Positions 53,187 through 63,135 of a stretch of 64,000 bases of DNA are shown here, piece after piece. Both the position numbers and the translations under genes were made by a program. The stretch's first letter is position 1. Every line of letters begins with the position of its first letter. The stretch is from positions 288,001 to 352,000 of the forward strand of contig CAWCAG010000009.1 of NCBI GenBank assembly GCA_963793425.1, in the 5' to 3' direction. This DNA comes from an uncultured cyanobacterium. Lineage in GTDB: Bacteria > Cyanobacteriota > Cyanobacteriia > Cyanobacteriales > CAWCAG01. The notes below the pieces were generated by a model, which was not told the origin of the DNA, made no database searches, and saw nothing but the letters and a program-made list of their open reading frames with translations.

Positions 53187-54122
53187 AGTCGCCTGAGTCG
53201 GAACGGGCAGAGTTAAATCCACAGAGAAAGAATAGGCGAGGGAAAACTTTAAAAGCTAACCTACTCAAGATTATCAAAGAGCAAGTAGAGACATGGCAAG
53301 AGGAAGCTTTACGTAATCGGGTTTATGTTGTCCCAGATAAAGATAAAAACCAAAGCCAAGTTGCACCTACTCTAATTCTTGAGGTTAAATCTGGTTCTAA
53401 ACCAAAAGAAACTCTACCGAAAAGTACTCATATCATTGATGTATTTCAGAGAAAAGGAGTTAATGGCAGGTTGCTTATTTTAGGTGAACCTGGGGCAGGT
53501 AAGACTACTATGCTATTTGAGTTAGCCAAAGTATTAGTGCAACGTGTAGAAACAAACTCAAACCATTGAAGCTTTGGGGTGGTCATGGAGTAGGGTTGTT
53601 GCTCATCTATTCGGTATTTTTATTGGAGGAGCAGTTCTTTGGCTAGCTGGAGGTTACTTTCTAGGAATCATGGAAGGATTAATTTTTGGATTTGTCTCAA
53701 TGGTCATTGCCGCAATCATTATTGGTTTGGGTGAAGATAGAATTGTGACAACTATAAAGGCAAATCAAGGTATCTGGCAGTCTCTGAGAAATGGAATTTT
53801 CTTTGCTTCGATTGGAGTGTTAGGAATAGGACTATTTGCTTTTTTGACAGATGTACCTATCTTTAACGCAGCAGTTATTGGACTTATTTTCGGCTTGTTT
53901 CAGGGATTTCCAGGCTGTCTCCAACACTTTATTCTCCGTCTCATCCTCTACTCCAACAACTACATCCCCTGGAACTACGCCCGCTTCCTCGACTACGCAG
54001 CAGATCGCATCTTCCTCCAAAAAGTAGGAGGCGGCTACATCTTCATCCATCGAATGTTAATGGAACACTTTGCCCAGATGGAAATGAAGCAATTGAAAAT
54101 TAAAACTTATCTGAAGCAATAA
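53111..54122 (+). pseudogene. NACHT-transmembrane NLR-like gene, internally deleted
   Basis: GTG 53111 opens the motif copy; in-frame TGA at 53180; the same frame continues to LLILGEPGAGKTT (Walker A). The sequence then jumps at about 53558 to QTIEALGWSW and the C-terminal TM region ending PWNYARFLDYA..GGGYIFIHRML. Confidence 0.85.
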
Positions 54123-54199
54123 GCCTCTAACATAGCTTCTGTTTTACGAGGATAGGATGAGATAAGCTAAAAGAAAGATTGATAAAACAACGCCTGTTT

Positions 54200-54334
54200 A
54201 TGAGTATTGTTATTTCAGACGAAATCCTACAAGCTTCTCAACTTACACCCCAAGAATTTTGCCAGGAAATTGCTTTATATCTGTTCCAAACAAATCGCTT
54301 AACTTTAAGCTATGCTAGCGTACATCTCAATTAG
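54200..54334 (+). pseudogene. Truncated UPF0175-family protein
   Basis: MSIVISDEILQASQLTPQEFCQEIALYLFQTNRLTLSYAS then an early stop (44 aa). Confidence 0.65.
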
Positions 54335-54429
54335 TAACCGAGCTGCTTTCAGTTCCGTCGCGTACCACAGTTAGCAACTAGCAACTAGCAATTAGCAATT
54401 AGCAAAAACCAGACTATGATCATTTTGCC

Positions 54430-56493
54430 ATGAGTCAGACCAATAAAGATAATAGCGGAAACTGGCAAAACTCTCCCTTAACCCCTAAAGAATATCGGAA
54501 GCGTCAGGACTTACTTACCAAAGTTAAGAACTTTTGGGTTAAAGGAGTTTTAGAAAAATCTTTCCACAACCAAGCATTAATAGAGTTGGGCTTAGAGGAA
54601 AGCCCAGATACAGTGGCTTACCTTGGGAATATTATTTTAGAAACCGAGGATTTCTTACCCCGACCCCTCACTGAAGCTATTAAAGTTATCGATATCTTTA
54701 AGGGAAATAATACAGAGGAAAGTCTCTTAATTTTGGGGGAACCAGGTTTAGGAAAAACCACAACTTTGTTGCAACTCGCCCAAGATTTAATTAGCCGCGC
54801 TGAACAAGATATTAATCTACCAATTCCTGTAGTTTTTAATCTCTCTGCTTGGAACAACAAACCGCAGAAGATAGAAGACTGGTTAATAGAAGAATTGGCT
54901 ACTAAGTATGATGTTCCCCAAGCAATTAGCAAAACTTGGCTTAAGAAACAGCAAATACTACCTTTACTTGATGGTTTAGATGAAGTTGAGGTAGATTATC
55001 GAGATAATTGTATTGCTACATTGAACCAATTTAAGCAAGATTATGTTACAGGGTTAGTGGTGTGTAGTCGCAGTAAGGAATATGAAAATCTTTCTAATCG
55101 TTTAAACTTTCAAACTACAGTCTCTTTACAACCACTTACTTTAGAGAAAATTTGTGGTTATTTAGATAGTTTAGCTGCTGAATTAACAGGATTGAGAAAA
55201 TTAATCGCAGAGAATTTGCTATGGCAAAAATTAGCTCAATCTCCTGCAACTCTCAATATCATGGCTTTAGCTTATCAGGGAGTAAAGTTTGAAGACTTAC
55301 CACAATTTGAAGCTAGAGAAGATTATCTTGATAAGTTACTTGATGACTATGTTGAGCGAAGACTTAAGCATATTCATCCTGCCAAAATTACTCCCAAGTA
55401 TTCAGAATCTCAGACTAAAATTTGGCTAAGCTGGCTGGCAAAAAAGATGATGGTGCAGGAATCTAAAACTGTATTTTTAATTGAGATGATGCAGCCTCGG
55501 TGGTTGAAAACCAGGTGGCAAAAATTACTGTATAAAGCAGGAGTTAAAATAGCCATTGCTTTGGTTTTGTTTGGTACTGCCAAACTGAGTGGTTTGCTAA
55601 TTCCTACTTTTGAAAGTTTTGTCTCTATGACGATGAATTTTGTGGCAATTCTTTGTATTATCGTTCTGAAAAAGAAAGGTAATCTAATTTCCGACTTAAA
55701 AGGAGGATTACTCATCCAAGCAATTTTTTATGCAATTGGTTCTATGCCAATAATGTTGATATTAATATGTATCAATGCATTTTTTATCTTAACTGAAAAC
55801 CTCTCTAACGCAGAAATACAGCCATTAGCAACTTTCAAAATAGAACCCCAACAAATAAATAAAGAGTTGACTTTAGCTTTAATGGGTGGAATAGTCGTAG
55901 GACTGATTGTTTGCTTGGGGATGATAACTTCCTTCCGCCCAATTGTGATCGGAGTAAGTGCAGGTTTAAGTTTGATTAGTGGTTTAGCTGGCACACTGCT
56001 ATTTCTATTAGTATTCGGCCTCATTGGTAGGTTAGTTGCTTCCCACAATAAAATGAGCATCACACCTAATCAAAGCATTAAACAATCAGCCACTAACGCC
56101 ATCGTAGCCACTCTATTTTTAGGACTAGTTAGTAGTTTGGCTATGGGGTTAATATTTGGCCCTTTTTGGGAAGTTATCATGCCCCAAGAACTACCAAATC
56201 TCATGGCTCCAACCCCTAAATTAGAACTATTTTTGAGTAGGTTATCTGTATTTAGTGCTTTCATGTTAGCTATTTTCCTGAGCTTTGGTTCAATCGGAGG
56301 ATTGCTTTATGGAGGAATAACTTGCATACAGCATCTCATCCTTCGCCTTGTCCTCTACTGCAACAACTACATCCCTTGGAACTACGCCCGTTTCCTTGAC
56401 TATGCAGCGGATCGTCTCTTCTTACAAAAAGTCGGGGGAGGCTACATCTTCACCCATCGGATGTTGATGGAACACTTTACCCAAATTAAATAA
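54430..56493 (+). CDS. NACHT NTPase with multi-pass transmembrane C-terminus (NLR-like)
   Basis: GEPGLGKTT Walker A, LLDGLDEV Walker B, VVCSR, several TM helices, PWNYARFLDYA C-terminal motif. Confidence 0.92.
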   Translation: MSQTNKDNSGNWQNSPLTPKEYRKRQDLLTKVKNFWVKGVLEKSFHNQALIELGLEESPDTVAYLGNIILETEDFLPRPLTEAIKVIDIFKGNNTEESLLILGEPGLGKTTTLLQLAQDLISRAEQDINLPIPVVFNLSAWNNKPQKIEDWLIEELATKYDVPQAISKTWLKKQQILPLLDGLDEVEVDYRDNCIATLNQFKQDYVTGLVVCSRSKEYENLSNRLNFQTTVSLQPLTLEKICGYLDSLAAELTGLRKLIAENLLWQKLAQSPATLNIMALAYQGVKFEDLPQFEAREDYLDKLLDDYVERRLKHIHPAKITPKYSESQTKIWLSWLAKKMMVQESKTVFLIEMMQPRWLKTRWQKLLYKAGVKIAIALVLFGTAKLSGLLIPTFESFVSMTMNFVAILCIIVLKKKGNLISDLKGGLLIQAIFYAIGSMPIMLILICINAFFILTENLSNAEIQPLATFKIEPQQINKELTLALMGGIVVGLIVCLGMITSFRPIVIGVSAGLSLISGLAGTLLFLLVFGLIGRLVASHNKMSITPNQSIKQSATNAIVATLFLGLVSSLAMGLIFGPFWEVIMPQELPNLMAPTPKLELFLSRLSVFSAFMLAIFLSFGSIGGLLYGGITCIQHLILRLVLYCNNYIPWNYARFLDYAADRLFLQKVGGGYIFTHRMLMEHFTQIK

Positions 56494-56958
56494 GTAAAAC
56501 TTTTCTTTTTTCTATTTACTCTTTTAATCATTTAAACCTCAGCAATTTTTGAGGCTTTTATGAAGTTATGTCAAGAACGAGGTGATAAGACTTTGTAGGG
56601 GCTTGCTTTTACCTGGAAATTAAGCAAAAATTATTACAAGTGATAAGTTGGTATCTTTTGGTCTTAAAAATCTTCCACTGAGCAAAAGTAACCGGATATC
56701 GAGGTTTGCATCTGGTTAAACAATTTGCACAGAAGACATTCTACACAACAAAGACCTGTAAGATAAACATTTCTTTTTTGACCTCAATTTAATCACCTAT
56801 TGACAAAATGAACATTTTGTGAAACGAACTTGATGAAATAACTTTGTTTATATCGTGGAATCGCAATTTCTTTTAATAATTATTCTGCTGAACAAAAACA
56901 AAGTCTAGCGGAGGCAGCAGCAGAAATTCAGCAACTATCCTAGAAAAGAAACAGGGTG

Positions 56959-59388
56959 TTAATTTTGCTTCTGTTTGATGACATCAATAGGTAACAGCAA
57001 AGTTTCTTCAATTTCTTGGCGAACTTCCGGGCTTACATAACAGTCTTGATGTAAAGATTGAGTTAATAGTTGGTTGGCATAATAATATTGTTTTAGTAAT
57101 TCTTTTTGTTGGTTGCTAAATTGCCAATCATGACCAATATTGCGATATTTAATTATGATTTTTCTTAAATCTTCTCTCCAAGTATTACCGTTAGCTTTCC
57201 ACCACTGCTTCAATTCTTTTTTACTTATCCTAGCAGGAAGCTGATTATTAAGTCTTCGTATTTCTCGATGTAGTTCACGATCAATTTCTTGCGACAGTTT
57301 GAGAATATATGAAAGTTTGAGACTTCGCGAGAAGTAGGAAGCTTGCGAAAAGCCAGGAGGTCGCGGGAAGTTTCTTGAGTCGAGGGTTAAGAAGAGGCTA
57401 ATATTGATATCTATGTTGAAAGAATTAGAAAGGGAGAAGTAAAGAAGTGCATCAAGGTCAACATTGATATCAGTACTAAAGTTTGTATCAATTTTAGACA
57501 ATAAAGATACATAAACAGGTACAGAAAGTGTGCGAGATAAGGAGCTAGGAAGTTTGAGAGCTTGGGATTGACATGAGAGATAGAGGTGAAAGTAAAGGCA
57601 TCGAGAAAGAGACAGTTTCATATCGGGATAGAAATCAATCTTCTCCTGAACTTTTGAAATATCTTCTTGCTTAAAAGTAATATTTTCAGCTACAGTTTTC
57701 TCATTTAACCGCTGTAAAAATCGTTGTATTTTCTCATCCTCCGCCAATAAATAATCAATCTTTTCCTTCATCAATAAAACTAACTTTTCTCCATTGGGAG
57801 ACATAGCCACCGCCAACAAAAACACTTCACGCCAGCGTTTATCAAAAATATGATTAACTAATTCTTCTAATGCTTGATCTGAAGATTGACGAACTTGAAT
57901 GATTTTCCTGGCAGTAAAGTATTCTTGAAAAGTTAAATGAGAGAAAGAATAAATATGTTTTGCCCTTTCTACTAACAAGCCATGTTGTGATTCAATAGAC
58001 TTTAAGACAACTTCACTATCAAGTTTTAAAGCTGCTTCATCAGTATTAGCCCCAGGTAAATTACGAATATATTCCCCAACATATCTTTCTACCTTGTCTT
58101 GTTTAAAGAAATATTCTCCCGGTGCAAAAGTATCCCAAGCAATCTTACTCAACAAGTCTTCTTTCCTTTGTATCCACAGTTTTTGATAAACTTCATCTCG
58201 TTGAATACCTCGCTTAGCATCCCATTTTTTCAACAGTGCATCCAAGCCCTCTTTATACAAACCAGCACGATTGCCAGGAAAATCACCAGACTCTTCAAAT
58301 ACCAAACAAAGTAAAGTAAGCAATAAAGGATTGGTAGCTAATTCTTGAATCGGTTCATCTTTTTCTAAGCGGCTTAAAAAGCTTTCTGGTTTAACTGGTT
58401 TATGCTGAAACCAATTAGTAGCAAAAATAGTTATTTGTTCCCAATCAAAATCAGCGATTTCTACTTCAGTAAATTGCTCAAAAGTGTATTCCCGTGCTGC
58501 AATACGACAAGTTAGTAAATATTGATTGCGAGAAAAGTTGGCGGAGAAATCGCGAATTTCCTTAATAACCCTTTTACTATCTTCTTGTAGTACTTCATCT
58601 AAACCATCAAAACAAATTAAAGCTTTACCTTGTTCTAAAAGCTGCTGTAAATTTTCTCTATCTTGTTTCTCAAGATACCTACCAATATAAGTTAATAATC
58701 TTGGTTGATTTTCTGCTTCGGCAAAGTCTTTGAGAGTAATAAAAAACGGTACTAAATCACCGTGAAATAAACCGCGATTGCATTGAATAACTAAATGCTT
58801 AAGGAAAGTTGTCTTACCAGCCCCTGGCTTACCTAAAATAAGTAGAGTTCGATATTTATTAACAGCTTCTTTACCTGGTATCTTTTCCTTTTCGATTTCT
58901 CCAAAATTGAAACGGTTAAAATTCTCGAAATCACAACTTTCAATCAACTCAGCAATTTCTTTACGCCTACGCCCGCTAATTTTTTCTAGGATATTAACTT
59001 TAGTATAAATATCATTCAAACCCACGGGCTGACTCATATCCAAAATTCGCATTGTGCCGCAGCGAGTTTCGATATCTTCTTTTACTTGTTCGCGAAACTT
59101 GTTAACTAAAAAAGAAATATCTATTGCTGATTTTTCTGACTCTAATTCTATCTGGTTAACAGCACTTTCTTCTAAACCTGTAACTTCTTGCCAATCTACA
59201 TCAAGTATTTCACAAATACGAACAAAAAGTTCACAATCTACTGCCTTGCCGTTAAAGAATTTAGAAATTGGCTGGCGAGTACAACCCAACCTTTCAGCAA
59301 TGGCTTTTTGAGTTATATTTTTACGTATTCTGGCATCTTTAACAACTTCAATATATGCTTCTAAAACTTGATGCGATCGCTTAGCCAT
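56959..59388 (-). CDS. XRE-HTH + NACHT NTPase with C-terminal helical domain
   Basis: ITQKAIAERLGCTRQPISKFFNG HTH; GKPGAGKTT; FDGLDEV; FSHLTFQEYF; YRNIGHDWQFS..YYYANQLL. Confidence 0.92.
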   Translation of the reverse strand: MAKRSHQVLEAYIEVVKDARIRKNITQKAIAERLGCTRQPISKFFNGKAVDCELFVRICEILDVDWQEVTGLEESAVNQIELESEKSAIDISFLVNKFREQVKEDIETRCGTMRILDMSQPVGLNDIYTKVNILEKISGRRRKEIAELIESCDFENFNRFNFGEIEKEKIPGKEAVNKYRTLLILGKPGAGKTTFLKHLVIQCNRGLFHGDLVPFFITLKDFAEAENQPRLLTYIGRYLEKQDRENLQQLLEQGKALICFDGLDEVLQEDSKRVIKEIRDFSANFSRNQYLLTCRIAAREYTFEQFTEVEIADFDWEQITIFATNWFQHKPVKPESFLSRLEKDEPIQELATNPLLLTLLCLVFEESGDFPGNRAGLYKEGLDALLKKWDAKRGIQRDEVYQKLWIQRKEDLLSKIAWDTFAPGEYFFKQDKVERYVGEYIRNLPGANTDEAALKLDSEVVLKSIESQHGLLVERAKHIYSFSHLTFQEYFTARKIIQVRQSSDQALEELVNHIFDKRWREVFLLAVAMSPNGEKLVLLMKEKIDYLLAEDEKIQRFLQRLNEKTVAENITFKQEDISKVQEKIDFYPDMKLSLSRCLYFHLYLSCQSQALKLPSSLSRTLSVPVYVSLLSKIDTNFSTDINVDLDALLYFSLSNSFNIDINISLFLTLDSRNFPRPPGFSQASYFSRSLKLSYILKLSQEIDRELHREIRRLNNQLPARISKKELKQWWKANGNTWREDLRKIIIKYRNIGHDWQFSNQQKELLKQYYYANQLLTQSLHQDCYVSPEVRQEIEETLLLPIDVIKQKQN

Positions 59389-59541
59389 AATTGCTCTAAA
59401 ATCACCTTTACTAATTATCGCGATTCCGAAAACACACCCAAGTCATACCTAGATTATACATAACTCACATCTTCGGCAAGCCCAGCTAAGACAAAGGATG
59501 CAACACCATTAAAGAGTCAAAATTATTCCAACATAAAACCA

Positions 59542-59661
59542 ATGGAAGAAATACTTTTCTTGATTCTCTCAACTCTGTTAACCTGGGCAATAGAACGTTC
59601 TGCGGATACTCTGCTAGATTTAATCATCGAGTGGTTGAAACGCAATATGGGACAAAAATAA
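59542..59661 (+). CDS. 39-aa hydrophobic peptide divergent from the HTH-NACHT gene
   Basis: Manual translation MEEILFLILSTLLTWAIERSADTLLDLIIEWLKRNMGQK; below the ORF-track cutoff. Confidence 0.45.
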   Translation: MEEILFLILSTLLTWAIERSADTLLDLIIEWLKRNMGQK

Positions 59662-59671
59662 TCAGCCAATT

Positions 59672-59734
59672 GTAGAAGCGACCCGTTTACCTGGTATATT
59701 GCCTCATATCAACAAATAAAATTGGGTCGCTTAC
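59672..59734 (+). repeat. REP-like palindromic element related to 29064-29121
   Basis: gtag-aagcgaccc...cctcatatcaacaaataaa...gggtcgctt. Confidence 0.55.
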
Positions 59735-59819
59735 TTCATCAATACCGTGAAAAGGTGACCCCATCTAATAACATTAATGGTTTCCTAACTTATTACTTAT
59801 TACTTATTACTTATTACTT

Positions 59820-61979
59820 ATGTCTTACCATCGCCTCGCCCCTTTTATCCAAGAATATATTTATAACAACGGTTGGCAAGAATTAAGGCAAGTTCAAATT
59901 GAAGCTTGTGAGGTTATTTTTGATAGTAATGCTCATTTACTTTTGGCTACTGGAACTGCTTCCGGGAAAACGGAGGCAGCTTTTCTACCAATTTTAACGG
60001 TATTGCATCATAATCCCGCAAAAACCATTGGCGTGCTTTATATTAGCCCGATTAAAGCCTTAATTGATGACCAATTTGAACGCCTTAATGACTTACTTAA
60101 ACAAACCCATACTTCCGTTTGCGCTTGGCATGGAGATATTGCCCAAAGTAAGAAAAAGAGGTTATTAAAAGAACCCCAAGGGATCTTACAAATCACTCCA
60201 GAATCATTAGAGAGTTTGTTGATTAATCATCACGGGGAATTAAAACGCTTATTTGGTGATTTACGTTTTATCGTTATTGATGAAATTCATGCTTTTATGG
60301 GTTCCCAAAGAGGTAGCCAAATTCTTTGTCAATTAACCAGACTTTCTCGCCAGATAAATCAGCCTCCGCGACGTATTGGTTTATCTGCAACCTTGGGGGA
60401 TTATTCCTTAGCTAAACAATGGTTACAATCGGGAACTGATACACCTGTAATTGCCCCAGAAGTTGAGAGTAGTAAAAGGCAAGTTAGGTTGGCTTTAGAA
60501 CATTTCTTCCTAGCAGAAGCAGAGGAAGATTCTCCTTATTATCAATATATTTATCAACATAGTTTAGGCAGCAAAGCCTTAATTTTTACCAACAATCGTA
60601 CAGAAACAGAAACGGTTATTGCTAAGTTACGAAGCATTGCCCAAACTAAAACCACACCGGATATTTATCATGTTCACCATGGTAGTATTTCCGCCTTTTT
60701 ACGGGAACGGGCAGAAAGGGCAATGCGAACATCTCAACCTGCGGTTACCGCCGCCACAGTCACTTTAGAAATGGGTATTGATATTGGACAATTAGAAAGA
60801 GTAATTCAAGTGAATGCTCCCTTTTCTGTCTCCAGTTTCTTACAAAGATTAGGACGTACAGGAAGACGAGGAAATCCTGCGGATATGCGCTTTGTTTGTA
60901 CAGAAGATGAACTGTTAGGGGAAGAAGCTTTACCAAAGCAAATCCCCTGGCAATTGTTACAATCTATCGCCATTATTCAACTTTATTTAGAAGAACGTTG
61001 GATTGAACCGATTCCCCCTGCAAGTTATCCTTTTAGCCTCCTTTATCATCAAACCTTAAGCACCTTAACTGCAACAGGAGAACTTTCTCCTGCAACCTTG
61101 GCACAAGAAGTATTAAGTTTACCTATTTTTCAAACTATTTCTCCTGAAGATTTTCGCCAATTACTCCACTATTTAATTAGTATTGAACATTTGCAAACCA
61201 CAGAAACCGGAGGATTAATTATTGGTTTAAAAGGAGAGAAAATTGTAGGTAACTTTCATTTTTATGCCATTTTTGATAGCAAAGTTGAATATGTGGTTAA
61301 AGGGGAAGCCGGAGAAATTGGTAGCATTCCTTTACCTCTGCCCCAAGGCGATCGCTTTACTTTAGCGGGGAAAACTTGGCAAATCAAGGAAATTGATCAG
61401 CAAAGAAAGACGGTTTTTGTACAAGAAACAGAAGGTTTTGCTAGTACTTCTTGGCGGGGAGGTAAAGGGACTATTCACAATAAAGTTTTGCAAAAAATGC
61501 GTCAAGTTTTAGGAGAAGATGTGCAGTATGCTTATTTGCAACCAGGGGCGCAAGAAAGGTTAAATCAAGCCAGACAGTTAGCCAAAGTTTATGGCTTAGC
61601 GACGGGTAATTTAATTACTTTAGAAGATGATAGTTGCTGTTTGTTACCTTGGATGGGAACTATGGCTTATGGAACGTTGGAGAGGTATATCAACCTTTTT
61701 ATTCGAGAAAAAATAGATATTAGGAAAGTTAAAAGTTATTCCCCTTATTATTTAATTATTCATTTAGCTAAGGGAAAATTTAATGATTTATGGCAAGAAC
61801 TTATTGCCGCTTCTCAACTATCTTTAAGCAATGAAGATTTAATCGCCCCCGCTGAAGCCCCAAGGTTACATAAATATGATGCTTTTATTCCTAACAATTT
61901 ATTACGCAAAGCCTATGCTAAAGATTGTTTAGACGTGAAGCAAATGCAAGCAATAATTAGTAAGCTGTCAGGTATTTAG
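59820..61979 (+). CDS. Lhr-like DEAD/DEAH-box helicase
   Basis: TASGKTEAA, ITPESLE, DEIH, LSAT, HHGS, TLEMGIDIG, QRLGRTGRR. Confidence 0.92.
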   Translation: MSYHRLAPFIQEYIYNNGWQELRQVQIEACEVIFDSNAHLLLATGTASGKTEAAFLPILTVLHHNPAKTIGVLYISPIKALIDDQFERLNDLLKQTHTSVCAWHGDIAQSKKKRLLKEPQGILQITPESLESLLINHHGELKRLFGDLRFIVIDEIHAFMGSQRGSQILCQLTRLSRQINQPPRRIGLSATLGDYSLAKQWLQSGTDTPVIAPEVESSKRQVRLALEHFFLAEAEEDSPYYQYIYQHSLGSKALIFTNNRTETETVIAKLRSIAQTKTTPDIYHVHHGSISAFLRERAERAMRTSQPAVTAATVTLEMGIDIGQLERVIQVNAPFSVSSFLQRLGRTGRRGNPADMRFVCTEDELLGEEALPKQIPWQLLQSIAIIQLYLEERWIEPIPPASYPFSLLYHQTLSTLTATGELSPATLAQEVLSLPIFQTISPEDFRQLLHYLISIEHLQTTETGGLIIGLKGEKIVGNFHFYAIFDSKVEYVVKGEAGEIGSIPLPLPQGDRFTLAGKTWQIKEIDQQRKTVFVQETEGFASTSWRGGKGTIHNKVLQKMRQVLGEDVQYAYLQPGAQERLNQARQLAKVYGLATGNLITLEDDSCCLLPWMGTMAYGTLERYINLFIREKIDIRKVKSYSPYYLIIHLAKGKFNDLWQELIAASQLSLSNEDLIAPAEAPRLHKYDAFIPNNLLRKAYAKDCLDVKQMQAIISKLSGI

Positions 61980-62136
61980 ATTGTATTGTTAGGTTAGGGG
62001 AGCAGGAATTTAGTACCTCACAAGTAAGAGAATTGCTATAAATATTTATCAGATTTGGTATAACTGATAATCAAATTTGAGATAGACAGATGATAACCTA
62101 AATAGCAACTATCTTTATGGGGCTTATTGATTTGTC

Positions 62137-63123
62137 ATGCAACAAAAATGGCAACTGGTAAAAAACCTCGGCTTGGGTGCTATACCGATTCTGCAACTTC
62201 AAGACTCTTTAATCAAAGACTCTAAACCTACTAAAAACTACGTTGTACTAATTATTAGTTCTTGTTTAATCGCCACTTTTGGCTTATTGATTAATAGTGC
62301 TGCTGTAATCATCGGTGCAATGATCATTGCACCTTTAATGCTACCTTTGCGGGGTTTCTCCTTTGCTGCTTTAGAAGGAGATTTAAAACTACTCCGCTAC
62401 AGTACTATTTCCATTGCCACAGGAACAGGACTTGCTTTAATTTGTTCTGGATTAGTAGGTTTAGTTATTGATCTACCGGAATTTGGTACAGAAGTCCTTT
62501 CTCGCACTCAACCTACCTTAATTGATTTACTCATTGCTGTCACCGCCGGGGGAGTAAGTGCTTATGCAAAGATTCGCCCTGCTATGGGAGATGCTATTCC
62601 TGGGACTGCCATTGCCGTAGCTTTAATGCCTCCTTTATGTGTTGTGGGTTTGTGCTTGTCTCAGGGAAGCTGGAGTGCGGCTGGGGGGGCAACTTTACTT
62701 TACATCACTAACTTAATTGGCATTAACATAGCCTGCATCGCTGTTTATGTACTTAGTGGTTATGCTCGCAGCAATGAGTTAACCAGGACTCTATCTTGGG
62801 GAGTTTCTTTTGTCTTAATTATTATGCTGGTTATTCCTTTAGGCGCAAGTTTTTGGAAGTTAACCAGACAAACCCAAGCTGAAGCTTCGATTCGGCGTAT
62901 CCTCACCACAGATTCTTTGATTAACAGGGCAGATATTATTATTACTGATTCGGAGGTTGTTTGGAGAGATAAACCTCCTTCGTTAACCTTACTTGTTCGG
63001 GCAGAAAAAGGTATTAGTCCAGAGGAAGTTAAGCAAGTAGAAACTCTTTTAGAAAACGAAATTAAGCAACCTTTCAAAGTGATTTTTGATGTTACTCCCT
63101 CTCGGTTAGTTGAATCACAATAA
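62137..63123 (+). CDS. DUF389 family membrane protein
   Basis: SAAVIIGAMIIAPLM, RTQPTLIDL, PGTAIAVALMPPL. Confidence 0.9.
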   Translation: MQQKWQLVKNLGLGAIPILQLQDSLIKDSKPTKNYVVLIISSCLIATFGLLINSAAVIIGAMIIAPLMLPLRGFSFAALEGDLKLLRYSTISIATGTGLALICSGLVGLVIDLPEFGTEVLSRTQPTLIDLLIAVTAGGVSAYAKIRPAMGDAIPGTAIAVALMPPLCVVGLCLSQGSWSAAGGATLLYITNLIGINIACIAVYVLSGYARSNELTRTLSWGVSFVLIIMLVIPLGASFWKLTRQTQAEASIRRILTTDSLINRADIIITDSEVVWRDKPPSLTLLVRAEKGISPEEVKQVETLLENEIKQPFKVIFDVTPSRLVESQ

Positions 63124-63135
63124 TATCTCCTAAAT

